DNA from: a virus
Length of the DNA stretch: 64,000 nucleotides
IMG/VR virus record: IMGVR_UViG_3300021376_000039
Span: 7,627-71,626 of that record
Strand: one strand, 5' to 3'
The notes beneath the pieces were generated by a model. That model was given only the letters and a program-made list of their open reading frames with translations, was not told where the DNA came from and ran no database searches. The position numbers were made by a program, and so were the translations under genes. Positions 47,194 through 57,800 of the stretch are shown here, in pieces (position 1 is the first letter of the stretch; the number at the start of each line of letters is the position of its first letter).

Positions 47194-50145
47194 TCATGGT
47201 GTAACCGATTGGGTACAATTTATTTGTAAATCAACACCAATATTTAAATACAGAGTTTTATTTGTAAAATTATCGTAACAAGTTGAGTTACTAACAATTA
47301 AAGTATTACCAGCAAAATAATAATTAAGTCCATAATTATATAACCCCTCCAAGTATGTGTTTGCGGCATTTGATAAGTCAGTAAGCGTGGGGTATCCGTA
47401 GATTCCGTAACCTGTGTAAAATTGTTGTTGAATAAGGACCTGTGAATCTAATCGACAATCAATATACCAATTAGTTACAATACTATTCAAATCACAGTCA
47501 CTTTGAGTAAACCCACTATTACTCAAAACATTGTTTAAAGCATAACTAAGGATTAAGGACGGGTCAGTAACGGTGTTACACTTTAATGTTTGATCAATAC
47601 AATCATAACTAAAAGGTTCCCCATTGTAAGTACAAGGTACACAAGCAACAGGAATAAATGAACATCCTCTTTGTCTTCTCCAAACAAACTTTTGTCTATG
47701 AAAAATAGAGTTTTCCATTTTTTGTCCTGTTAACCAAAGAGTAGTGGCAGGAACTACTTGTTCTAAAAGTCTTTGCCAATGATCTCCTAAACCTAAAGTA
47801 TAATCGATCATTTTTTGGTAAGTAAATTTATTAGATGGTATTCCTACAGTTTGTTCAGATTCTAAGTATCTCCAAAATACTGATTGTAAGGTTGGATACC
47901 CTCCGGTTTTTCCATCAAATATTGTTTGTCTATTTCTTACATTAATAAAATTATTATAGAAGGTTTGTGCAAATTCAAAAAAAGTTTTTTCTTTTGGTTT
48001 AGGATTTATAAAAGTCCAATCAATATTTCCAGGGTATGGATATGGTGTAGTTAAACCTGAATTTGGTATTGGGTAATTATATTTAACAGACATGTCCCAT
48101 ATATCATATGTTATACCTTGCCCCATATTAGTATAAAGTTCAATGTTTTTAGAATTTATCACTAATCTATCGTCACTAACATTATAATCAACACCGTTAA
48201 AGTTAGAACCATCTTTTCTATTACCCGTATCATTAACCGCCCATGACTTTTGGTTATCACTTACTTTTGTTAGAGTATATCCTTCAGCAATATCAGGAAA
48301 GTCTCTAAATCTATCCATATATTCCTGTCCATAACTAAATGGTTTTAATGAAGAAATTAGATATGGATTTGTTGGGTTAAATGAAGAATTTACTGAATCT
48401 GCAACTTCAGGGGATCTATGTTGAGGACTTTTTTCAAACCATCCGGCACCTTTTTGAAAAAAGTTATCGTCTGTTGTTGCAGGACTTTTCGGATATCCGT
48501 CACTATCTATACCGTAATCATTAAGAGTGGTTGAGATGAGGTTGATAACTCCACTACAGGTATAACCTGTATATATATTACCCATAATACTGAAAGTATT
48601 TGCCGGATTCAATACCGGTGTTTCTACATATGAAGTTCCTCCTGATATCTTACAATACTTTTCATAAAATTCATCATAGTTAATTTTTGTGTCCGCCAAA
48701 TAAATAACTTCATTGAATTCTATTAATGCTTCAGGTGCACCAATAAATCTCATCACATATTCTAAAGACTGTCTAGTACCTTTTTTCCTAAACATATATG
48801 CTGAATTTAATATTAAATTTCTATAATATTCGTAATTTAATTCTGTCGGTGTCGATGATACCGCTTGTCCCGGAAATATTTGTTTTGCATTAGGATCAAA
48901 AACAGAATTAACAAATCCTTCATTTGTTATTGGTGATATATCTGAATTTATACCTAATGTTTTTGCTAAATTAGTTAATAACTGTGATGGTATATCATTA
49001 CCAACTTGGTAGTTGACTGAATTCATATTTGCTAAAGCGTCTATGAATTTTTTTACTTCATCGAAACTTCTACCATATATTTGTAAAACTTTTTCTATTT
49101 TTTGATCTTGGGTGTCAAATTCTTTAAATGAACCTGTAATTAAAAATCTACTTATTAAATTTGTTTTATACTCATCTAATTTTTCCGCAAGAAACTGAAC
49201 ATCGTTTATATACTTTTCAAATTTAGAACCGTTAATATCTAAATTCCAATACTTATCTAAAGGCCAAGTAACTTGTTTACTATATAGAGTATATTTACCT
49301 GCCGCGTCATAATCAGGATACGTGAATGTTGCAGTGTATTTAGGGTATGATGATCTATTTAATAAAAAATCTTCAATTTCATCAAAATTATTTAAAAATT
49401 CTTTTTCGGTTACCTCATTATTTGGTTTAATTACTAAATTAAAAGTTGATGCGGTAGTATCGGGAAACATTTCACCCTTAACTGTTATGGTCAAAGTACC
49501 ACCTGTCATATTTTCAACAGGTACCATATCAGTTATTTTATATTCATCTTTAACATCCCTAAAATACGCAGCATACCCTTCAAAATTATTAGTCATATCT
49601 CGATATGGACTAACAGGTATTGGTCTTGTTGAAATATTTCTTGCGGCATTTTCTGAATAATCGATACCGAAAGGATTGTAAATTAAACCTGTATCAATAT
49701 CAAATGTTGTTTCATCGTTTTTTCTATCGTAAGTAATATTAAATGCAGTGTTTCCTGTGTAAAGTCCTGTAATTTGTCTTGGATATACTTCTAAAGCTGC
49801 TGGAAAATAATTTATTACCTTTATAATAGACGCTGATAATCTTTTTTGTAACGAACCATAAAGAGAAAAACTTGTAATTTCTGAAATATCAAAATTAGGA
49901 TAAACTTTAAATGTTTTTTCAATGATTTTTTTTATTTCTTGTATGTTATCTATTTTAAGATTCTCTAACGTATATGGGTTAGAGAATATTCCCGTATCAA
50001 ACTTTCTATTTGTTTTTTCGTATATAGCACTAGTAAACTCAAAATTACCTTGCGTTAGTCCTCCTCCGTCAACGATTTGGAAACCAACTAAATTGTCAGA
50101 AAAGGTTTTTACACCTCCAGGTGGGAAAAATATTTTATTTGCCAT
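47194..50145 (-). CDS. putative baseplate wedge protein (P2 gpI/T4 gp7-like KGT motif)
   Basis: LLTNLAKTLG...YMFRKKGTRQSLEYVMRFIG; lies within the baseplate operon. Confidence 0.55.
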   Translation of the reverse strand: MANKIFFPPGGVKTFSDNLVGFQIVDGGGLTQGNFEFTSAIYEKTNRKFDTGIFSNPYTLENLKIDNIQEIKKIIEKTFKVYPNFDISEITSFSLYGSLQKRLSASIIKVINYFPAALEVYPRQITGLYTGNTAFNITYDRKNDETTFDIDTGLIYNPFGIDYSENAARNISTRPIPVSPYRDMTNNFEGYAAYFRDVKDEYKITDMVPVENMTGGTLTITVKGEMFPDTTASTFNLVIKPNNEVTEKEFLNNFDEIEDFLLNRSSYPKYTATFTYPDYDAAGKYTLYSKQVTWPLDKYWNLDINGSKFEKYINDVQFLAEKLDEYKTNLISRFLITGSFKEFDTQDQKIEKVLQIYGRSFDEVKKFIDALANMNSVNYQVGNDIPSQLLTNLAKTLGINSDISPITNEGFVNSVFDPNAKQIFPGQAVSSTPTELNYEYYRNLILNSAYMFRKKGTRQSLEYVMRFIGAPEALIEFNEVIYLADTKINYDEFYEKYCKISGGTSYVETPVLNPANTFSIMGNIYTGYTCSGVINLISTTLNDYGIDSDGYPKSPATTDDNFFQKGAGWFEKSPQHRSPEVADSVNSSFNPTNPYLISSLKPFSYGQEYMDRFRDFPDIAEGYTLTKVSDNQKSWAVNDTGNRKDGSNFNGVDYNVSDDRLVINSKNIELYTNMGQGITYDIWDMSVKYNYPIPNSGLTTPYPYPGNIDWTFINPKPKEKTFFEFAQTFYNNFINVRNRQTIFDGKTGGYPTLQSVFWRYLESEQTVGIPSNKFTYQKMIDYTLGLGDHWQRLLEQVVPATTLWLTGQKMENSIFHRQKFVWRRQRGCSFIPVACVPCTYNGEPFSYDCIDQTLKCNTVTDPSLILSYALNNVLSNSGFTQSDCDLNSIVTNWYIDCRLDSQVLIQQQFYTGYGIYGYPTLTDLSNAANTYLEGLYNYGLNYYFAGNTLIVSNSTCYDNFTNKTLYLNIGVDLQINCTQSVTP

Positions 50146-51053
50146 TAACTAATAATATTTGTAAAGTTTTTACTAAAGTCTATATTATTACCTCTATCTT
50201 GTCTAACCTCATACAATAATTCATTGAAGTTATCTCTAACTTCAAATAGGTTATATTGCTTGTAGATGTTCCCTCCACTATCGTAAAGAGTATAAATTCC
50301 GTCCTCAATACTTTTAGTTTGATTACCGTAAAGGGCAATTGCAATTGTATCTAAATCGTAATCAGCCATTTGTATATCAATAGTGATTGGATTAAAAAAA
50401 GTATTGGTGACAATAATATTTTGATTAGGTTGTCCAATAAAAGGAGTTGCATTTGGTTTATTTGTTGGCGACGACGACGGTGACAGTGTACAAAATACTA
50501 AGTCACTACCTCCATCAACATATCTATATCTTATACTTTTTTGTGATGAGTTTACTTGTTCTGTTACAACAGGTTCACAAAAAAACGATGATGTTACAAT
50601 TCTATAAAAATTAGGTATTTTTGTACCATCTTGATTTAAATATTCTACTCTATAACCAACCAATCCTTGATTTGTAAATTTGTTTCTAAACTGTGAAGGA
50701 ACTTGATTTATATCTATAACAATACCTTTTACGTTTGGTAATGCAGATAAAATTCCACAATCACTGATTGTTGTTCTTATTTCTGCTGGTCGTAAATAAA
50801 CCGTATATATTCCTTTTTTATTAAATTCAGATGCCGGTAGTTTTAAACTATATAAACCACCTAATATTTCAACGTTAGCGTTTCCACCTGTATTTGAATT
50901 ATGAAAATACGGTGTTAAAATACTTCTTGAGTTTAATTTTTTTAATAGAAAATTATCTGTAACGTCTCTTGATACAGTATAATGTAATATTATATCAACA
51001 TCGTCAGGTGATACATCAGCCGGTCTAACAATTCCATACGTTCCTAATGCCAT
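50145..51053 (-). CDS. putative structural protein
   Basis: 302-aa ORF in the structural module; TATTTATA upstream. Confidence 0.6.
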   Translation of the reverse strand: MALGTYGIVRPADVSPDDVDIILHYTVSRDVTDNFLLKKLNSRSILTPYFHNSNTGGNANVEILGGLYSLKLPASEFNKKGIYTVYLRPAEIRTTISDCGILSALPNVKGIVIDINQVPSQFRNKFTNQGLVGYRVEYLNQDGTKIPNFYRIVTSSFFCEPVVTEQVNSSQKSIRYRYVDGGSDLVFCTLSPSSSPTNKPNATPFIGQPNQNIIVTNTFFNPITIDIQMADYDLDTIAIALYGNQTKSIEDGIYTLYDSGGNIYKQYNLFEVRDNFNELLYEVRQDRGNNIDFSKNFTNIIS

Positions 51054-51087
51054 TTTTTTATTTTATAAATAGTTTATATTGTTTTTT

Positions 51088-52233
51088 TTATGTCGTCTTT
51101 ATACGATAATATCCATAACCGTATCTTACCAAGTCACCAATGTTATCGACTTCACCCAACCTTTGTAATGGTTCAAAAGCAGAATATTTACCTCTTTCTA
51201 TATAAACATCTGTTTGTATTTCAGGTGACATAACAAAATCTAATAGGTATTCATTTTTAGTCATGGCCGAAGCTACTATATCGTTAGATGTTATACCACT
51301 ACTATTAACAATATAGAATGTTTTACCATTAACTAAATCATAATAATTAACATTATTAATTGTATATGCGGTATAATCAGGGGTTATAGAGTCGACTTGT
51401 CCAAATACCTGATTGTTTTTATTAAACACATAACCTACAGTATATGGGGTTGATCCCCATCTTTTTAAATCTTGTAATCTTGAACTAGTAAACCCTGAAA
51501 TAGTAAAAGGTACTGACGTAAAATTACTTGACACCTGATATGGTATGTTATTTTGTGCGTCTCCATCAAAAATATAATTGTACGACACAGGTATATTTGC
51601 CCAATTACCTTGTTGTGGTATAAATGTTATTGTTCCTTGTTGATTAGTAACAGCTGCAGGAACTAAAGGTATTGTTATTGGTTTTTGTATAACTGTCACC
51701 CCCCAAGGATTACTGCCTGATAATGAAATTGTATAATTACCAGGTCCGGCATAGATATGGTTTAATGATGTTGTTGTTAATGTTTGTGAAAAACTGTCTC
51801 CCCAATCAACACTATATGTCGTAAAATCTAAATAACTAACAGTAAAATCACCAGATGTGTTATATAATGTTACTTCATACGTATTTAAAACGTTTGTTCC
51901 TGAAAATAAAAAATTAGTCACAATATCTTTTTGTAGTAATAACCCATCAAATTCAGAATAGAAACCAATATCATTATAAGTCTGTGTAAATACTACAGGA
52001 ATTGTTAATCCCGTTAATAAAGAATCACCATTTGTTCCCCCACTTAATATGTATGACATACCTGAGTAAACATATATCGAATCCGTTCTAAATGGTTGAT
52101 TGGGTACTGTGATGTTTAAACACGGTTGTTTTTCTTCATAATTATATCCGGTGTCTGCGGTATACACAAATCCGTATAAATCTAATGATAGATTTTCAGG
52201 TGAAATTAAAACGCTATATTTTTCAGATTCCAT
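51088..52233 (-). CDS. putative structural protein with PKD-like domain
   Basis: YSVDWGDS..HIYAGPGNYTISL motif. Confidence 0.65.
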   Translation of the reverse strand: MESEKYSVLISPENLSLDLYGFVYTADTGYNYEEKQPCLNITVPNQPFRTDSIYVYSGMSYILSGGTNGDSLLTGLTIPVVFTQTYNDIGFYSEFDGLLLQKDIVTNFLFSGTNVLNTYEVTLYNTSGDFTVSYLDFTTYSVDWGDSFSQTLTTTSLNHIYAGPGNYTISLSGSNPWGVTVIQKPITIPLVPAAVTNQQGTITFIPQQGNWANIPVSYNYIFDGDAQNNIPYQVSSNFTSVPFTISGFTSSRLQDLKRWGSTPYTVGYVFNKNNQVFGQVDSITPDYTAYTINNVNYYDLVNGKTFYIVNSSGITSNDIVASAMTKNEYLLDFVMSPEIQTDVYIERGKYSAFEPLQRLGEVDNIGDLVRYGYGYYRIKTT

Positions 52234-53078
52234 TATGGGTTAACATATTCATACCACATTATAGCTTCAGAGGCTAAAGGACCGACACCAACTCTTGTAA
52301 GTGCAGGGTATTCTTTATATATTTTATATTCATAAGTAGAATAATTAAAATCAACTTTATAATAGAAAAAATCAGACTTATCAAAATTATAAACACTCAA
52401 ACCAACTAATGAAGATTGTGGCGTATTCATCATCCTAATAAATTGTCCTTTTTTTGCGTTAAAGAATTTTGCACTCATATAAAAAGTTGTATTTGTCAAA
52501 TACGATGGGTTCTTTAACCAATAAAAAAAGAAACCTTCTTTATCTGCACCTACATAATCAAGTAAATATTTTGGTTTTTTTACATCAACTTGTGTTGGGT
52601 TTAATAATGATCCGATAAATCCTGGTTCTTTTAAACCTTGCTGTGTTGGTAAGACAACTGAAAATAATATTTTTTGATTTTCGGAATTTTTAGTATCGTA
52701 AAAATCTAATTTAAAAAAACTACCTTTAAACGAATTTGCAAAATAATATATTTCACTGTCAGTAAATGTCGCATACTGATAGTCGTCCAACCAATTTGTT
52801 ATTGTTGGTGGTGTAGTTATTAAATCTGTAGGTGCTGATGGATCAAAAAAATTAAACTGATAATATATCTCGGTTTTGTCTTGGTTTAAATCCCATGGCG
52901 CGTGTGCAAATTTTGTTGTTTCAAAATCATCAATACCATTAATTGCTTTTTTTACTACATCGGCTTCATATTCCTCAACACCCATATCCCTACCTTCATT
53001 ATCAAATGAAAGCTCAACAGGTATAATAATATCCCTATCATTAACGTTAAGATTAAACCTATAATAATTATTATTCAC
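52233..53078 (-). CDS. putative structural protein
   Basis: Aromatic-rich 281-aa ORF in the baseplate operon. Confidence 0.55.
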   Translation of the reverse strand: MNNNYYRFNLNVNDRDIIIPVELSFDNEGRDMGVEEYEADVVKKAINGIDDFETTKFAHAPWDLNQDKTEIYYQFNFFDPSAPTDLITTPPTITNWLDDYQYATFTDSEIYYFANSFKGSFFKLDFYDTKNSENQKILFSVVLPTQQGLKEPGFIGSLLNPTQVDVKKPKYLLDYVGADKEGFFFYWLKNPSYLTNTTFYMSAKFFNAKKGQFIRMMNTPQSSLVGLSVYNFDKSDFFYYKVDFNYSTYEYKIYKEYPALTRVGVGPLASEAIMWYEYVNP

Positions 53079-54822
53079 AATCGTCGTTAGTTGGTTCGTT
53101 TATTAATGTTGTTGTAACAATATTAGTTCGTTTTATTGGTTTTTGTAAAAATAAAATGTTTTTAAACGGGTAGTGTGAACCGTTAATAAACGGATAGTCA
53201 ACACCTAATCCATCAGCATCTAAATAACCATATGTATAAATGTCTCTCCATATAAATGTTTCATTATACTGTGAGTACCAAGCATAGTTTGGTATATTAT
53301 CGACGGCACCTTTATTTCCATATTCTAAATAATCACTAAAAACCCGAATAGGGACTCTATAATGTGGTTCATAAGCATAACCACTAGGTAATGTTAATGG
53401 TGAATTATCTAAAAAATAAATAGGGTTAAATGAGTATTTGTGATATAAAGGAGATATAACATATTCTTTTTGTTCCATAAAATTATACTCACAAAAATCT
53501 CCTTTTATTATATCATCAACATTTAAAAATGAGTTATAATAAAAAAATTGTCCACTACCCGCAGGGTATTCGTATGATAATACAGGAATATTATCTTTAT
53601 TTAATATGGATGTATGATCCCACCAGTTATCTACGTTATTTTTTTGAAAATTAAATTCCCAACCCACGTCTAAACCAACTATATTACCATTTTGATTAAT
53701 TGCCGGCGGATTAAACCAACCCATATAACCTCTTTCAATTATTGTTACAAATAAATCGGTAATAGGTTTACCATTGTTATCAACTAATGGTTTTATGTTA
53801 ATGTCTTTATCAAAAGTATAACTAAAACTTTTAGAACCATCCTTTACAGAAACTCTCTGTACTTGGTTAGGTGTTAATGCTGAATATTCTAATTTAGATT
53901 TAACAGGAAATGGATTTGTTTCGAACCCTCCTTGCGTAATATTAACGTCTTCAATGTTTGTTAAAATTTTATGTAATCTAATATAGTATTTTGATTTTGT
54001 TTCTCCACTATTCTGTAAATTAGCAATTCTTTTAAAATTACCATAAGTACCTGTAGTTACTTGTGTTGTTGGAAATTTTAAATCATAAATACTAAATACG
54101 TTTTCTTCTGAACCATATGTTCCATCTCCCAAACCATAGACTTCAAAAACATTCTTACCCCCTAAACCTGAAGGGTTTGTTGGTATAGAAAGTTCTACGT
54201 TTTCACCTACTTTTATATTGTGTTTGGTTCCGCAATAAAAATAAACTAAAGACTTACCATTAAAAGATGCAGTATCAATAACAAAAGGAATACCATCTGA
54301 AACAATAAAATTATTAGTCACATTGTAAACTTCACTTGTGTATGCCATACTTTGTTGTGTATCACTACTAAAAGCATATGACAAATAAACCGCCCAATTA
54401 TATGTTGATGAACTTTTGGTAACAAATGGTATATGTCCTGAAATACCTTTATTTCTAATAAAAGTAAATTCCTCAAATTGTGGATACCCTTCCCAAGCAA
54501 CTGAAGGGGTTGGTGGGGTATTTGCGGTCGCGTTTGCAATTGCATTTGTGTAATAAAGATTATCTCTATAAGGTGTATATGTTGTTTTACCACTGACAGT
54601 ATTATTAAAAATATTTACAATCTTACCTGAAACTCTTAATTCGCCACTTTCTTGTCTTTCTTTATTAAATAATTCTTCTTGGTTAATGGTTACAGATCTA
54701 TCTCCTTCAACCATAGTTCTCCTATCACCAATTAATGGTGGTTGAATCCACACATCTTTATCTGTGTTAGATGCGTATCTTTTTGAACCTAAAACTATTA
54801 ATATTTCGTTTTCATTAGACAT
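53071..54822 (-). CDS. putative structural protein
   Basis: 583-aa ORF translationally coupled in the baseplate operon. Confidence 0.55.
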   Translation of the reverse strand: MSNENEILIVLGSKRYASNTDKDVWIQPPLIGDRRTMVEGDRSVTINQEELFNKERQESGELRVSGKIVNIFNNTVSGKTTYTPYRDNLYYTNAIANATANTPPTPSVAWEGYPQFEEFTFIRNKGISGHIPFVTKSSSTYNWAVYLSYAFSSDTQQSMAYTSEVYNVTNNFIVSDGIPFVIDTASFNGKSLVYFYCGTKHNIKVGENVELSIPTNPSGLGGKNVFEVYGLGDGTYGSEENVFSIYDLKFPTTQVTTGTYGNFKRIANLQNSGETKSKYYIRLHKILTNIEDVNITQGGFETNPFPVKSKLEYSALTPNQVQRVSVKDGSKSFSYTFDKDINIKPLVDNNGKPITDLFVTIIERGYMGWFNPPAINQNGNIVGLDVGWEFNFQKNNVDNWWDHTSILNKDNIPVLSYEYPAGSGQFFYYNSFLNVDDIIKGDFCEYNFMEQKEYVISPLYHKYSFNPIYFLDNSPLTLPSGYAYEPHYRVPIRVFSDYLEYGNKGAVDNIPNYAWYSQYNETFIWRDIYTYGYLDADGLGVDYPFINGSHYPFKNILFLQKPIKRTNIVTTTLINEPTNDDCE

Positions 54823-57800
54823 CTTGATTCAATATGTATTTAGTAATATATCTGTTTATTGCACTTTTACCCTTACCTAATCCAAAATAAAAGTGGTAAG
54901 GAGCGCCAACCAAGAATGGGTTTTGTTGTCCAGGAGGCATAGTCTCATCAGTTGCACCTGCAGGTGTTGAATTGTAAATATATCCTCTTCTACCTGTGTT
55001 TAAATTATTAAAGTATTGTGAAAAAGGTGACTGATAAAAACTTAAATCCTGATATTTTTGTGAATAAAACCCGCCACCTAAAGTATTTGTCTCCCAATCA
55101 TTTAAATCACTACCAAAAATAGTATTAACTGAACCTTGATTTAATTTCCATTGATAAAATGGTACTTCTTGAGTTTTAGGGTAACCAAAATAATTAGTAA
55201 GTGTTGGTGTAAATGTCGTTATTCCAGGTGATACAACAATTCTATTTTCAGTATTTGATGTAAAAAATACTCCAAATGTTGCATCACCCGCAGTTGCAAT
55301 ATAAATGTCTCCAACACCATCATAACTATCCTCATCGAATCCTTCCACACCATATTCTGAATTAATACTAAATAGTTGTACAACATCACCATCCATTCTG
55401 TCCTCACTTCTTGAGAACATTCTATTAATAGATGCATCTCCAAAGTTAAATATTTGTTGTAAAAAGTTAGTATTTATCAATCTTGACACGATAAATAACT
55501 GAAGTAGATCTGAAGTATCATTATATGATGTTGATTTTAAAGTGTCAATAATATAACCTTCAAAATCAGGACTAGTACATATTTCTTTTGTAAATTCATC
55601 TCTTGGACCCATATCCATAATAGTGGTAGGGAAAAATAAATTTCTCGCATTTGTTCCACCAAAATTAACAGGTTGTAATGTTGGGTTTGAATAAGTTCCT
55701 TGTTTTGGTATTTGTCCTACAAAATTATTAGAATCATAGGGTGTACATCTATAGAATAATGAGTTTGTTGTATTTTCAGTATAAAAAATTGGACCTTGTC
55801 CCGGTCTTAATGTACTATCATATGAACCACAAAACTTATATTTTTTAGGTTGTCCAATTATATTAAAAATTGTTTGTTTTTTAAATGAGAACATATATAA
55901 TGTACCATTAACCCAATTGTTTTGGAATACGTGAGCAAATATCCCTCTACATGCACCAAACATCATTCTAAAACGTAGCTTCCATTCTGTAAAGTTTTCA
56001 AAGTCTTTTTTAATATTTACAACATATGGTTTTTGAATGAACTGATAACAACCTGATTTAATTCTAATAGGATTTTCATTATCATCACACGGTGTTTCAA
56101 CACCGAAAGTATTATTTGCAGGATCTACTGTATAACATTTCAATGGTACCATTCCCGCACAATCAAACGTTGAAAGTACACTACTAGCAGCATTTGGTGC
56201 GTCAGGTCCGAAGTCTTGTGCATTATTAGATGAATCTGTTTGTGATACACCAACAACAATAGGGTTTGCGGATTCATTAACAATATACGCAGCAAAATTA
56301 TCGTTTTGGTGTAAAGCAAATGAATTCGCGTTTACACCAGTACCACCACCACTTTGTGTTACATCAGATGTTGGTAATCTATCAGATCGTAATACTAATT
56401 TAGGGTTAACGCCTGAAGGTATTGTAATTAATAATGTTGGGTTTGTAGTTACGTATGCTGGGGCATAAACTCTTGCGTTTATACTTGATAATGATCCAAC
56501 AACGTTTCCTGTTGATGAAGTAGAACCTATTAATGAACCTCCTTCTATATTACCTTGTAATGTTGACGAATAAAACTTTATAGTATTTGTACCATTTGAT
56601 GAGACTCCAGGTCCAGATGTTATTGTCCCAAGTGTTGGTCCTGAAGTTGGGTTCCATCCACCACCTCTTGATTTATCCAATGAAGAATAATATTTGATAG
56701 AATTTGATGTTACCGCACTAAATTGGGTTCCTGTTATTTGAAAATTAAAAGGCGTGTGATATAAACTATTATTTAATGTAGAATAAAGTGTTGTATGACT
56801 CTCGGGACTTATATAGTTATTGAACCAAGTACCGCTGGCTGATGTAGGTTGTATTGGGATATTTAAATTAAATTGTCCTCTAACCCTTACGTTATTTGAT
56901 CCTAAAGTATAACCAAAAAGTTTAGATAAGTCGTAATTTATTTCTTGTTTATCAGAATAAGGATCAACACCCCTAACCAAGAATATTATTCCCATATTTT
57001 TCCATCCGTCACCGTTTAACGTTAAAGGATTAATTTTTTCTGTTCGTAAGTTATTATCGGTATCCTCATATACTATATCTTGTAATTTGTTTAAGACATA
57101 TTTTCTTAATAATGATGAGGTATCTAATTGTAGTGATGGGTTAGGTTGTGTACTAATTTTTATACCATTAGTTAATAAGTCTGCGTCATAAGCAGTCATA
57201 CCCGTAATAACTTGAAAATATTCTAAACCTGTTTTAAACTTATACTCTTTTTCACTACTTGTTCCCGAAACTTGTATTGTTACTGGTGTTGCAACACCGG
57301 CTTGTGATATATATGTCATATTAACATTAGTAACCGCTGTTGCTGACGTACCTGTTATGGTATTTGTTCCAAATTGATTTGTTACTCCACTTACAATATT
57401 TAAATCATTTACACTATTTGGATTAGTAAATGTCATTATGGTACCTGATTGATAACTACTCGCAATTGATGGATCACAAAGTAAAACCATAACATTATCG
57501 GTAAATGGTGTTCCATTATTGATTTTAGTTTGGATGACATTTGTTCCATCAAAATATCTAGCTCTAACATTCGCTAAATTTAATGACTGTGAATATGTAA
57601 TATCTCGTTGTAAAATATATTGTGAATCAGAGAATACACTAACCACAGGTGTTCCTATTTCTGGAGTTGTTGGGTATCCCGCGATTGCATATCTAATACC
57701 ATAGGCGTCCGCTTGATATTTGTTATTCTTTTTTGTATCGCTACCACTATACTCATCAACATCCAAATAACAAAAATAAGTAGGATACCCTTGTTCTATT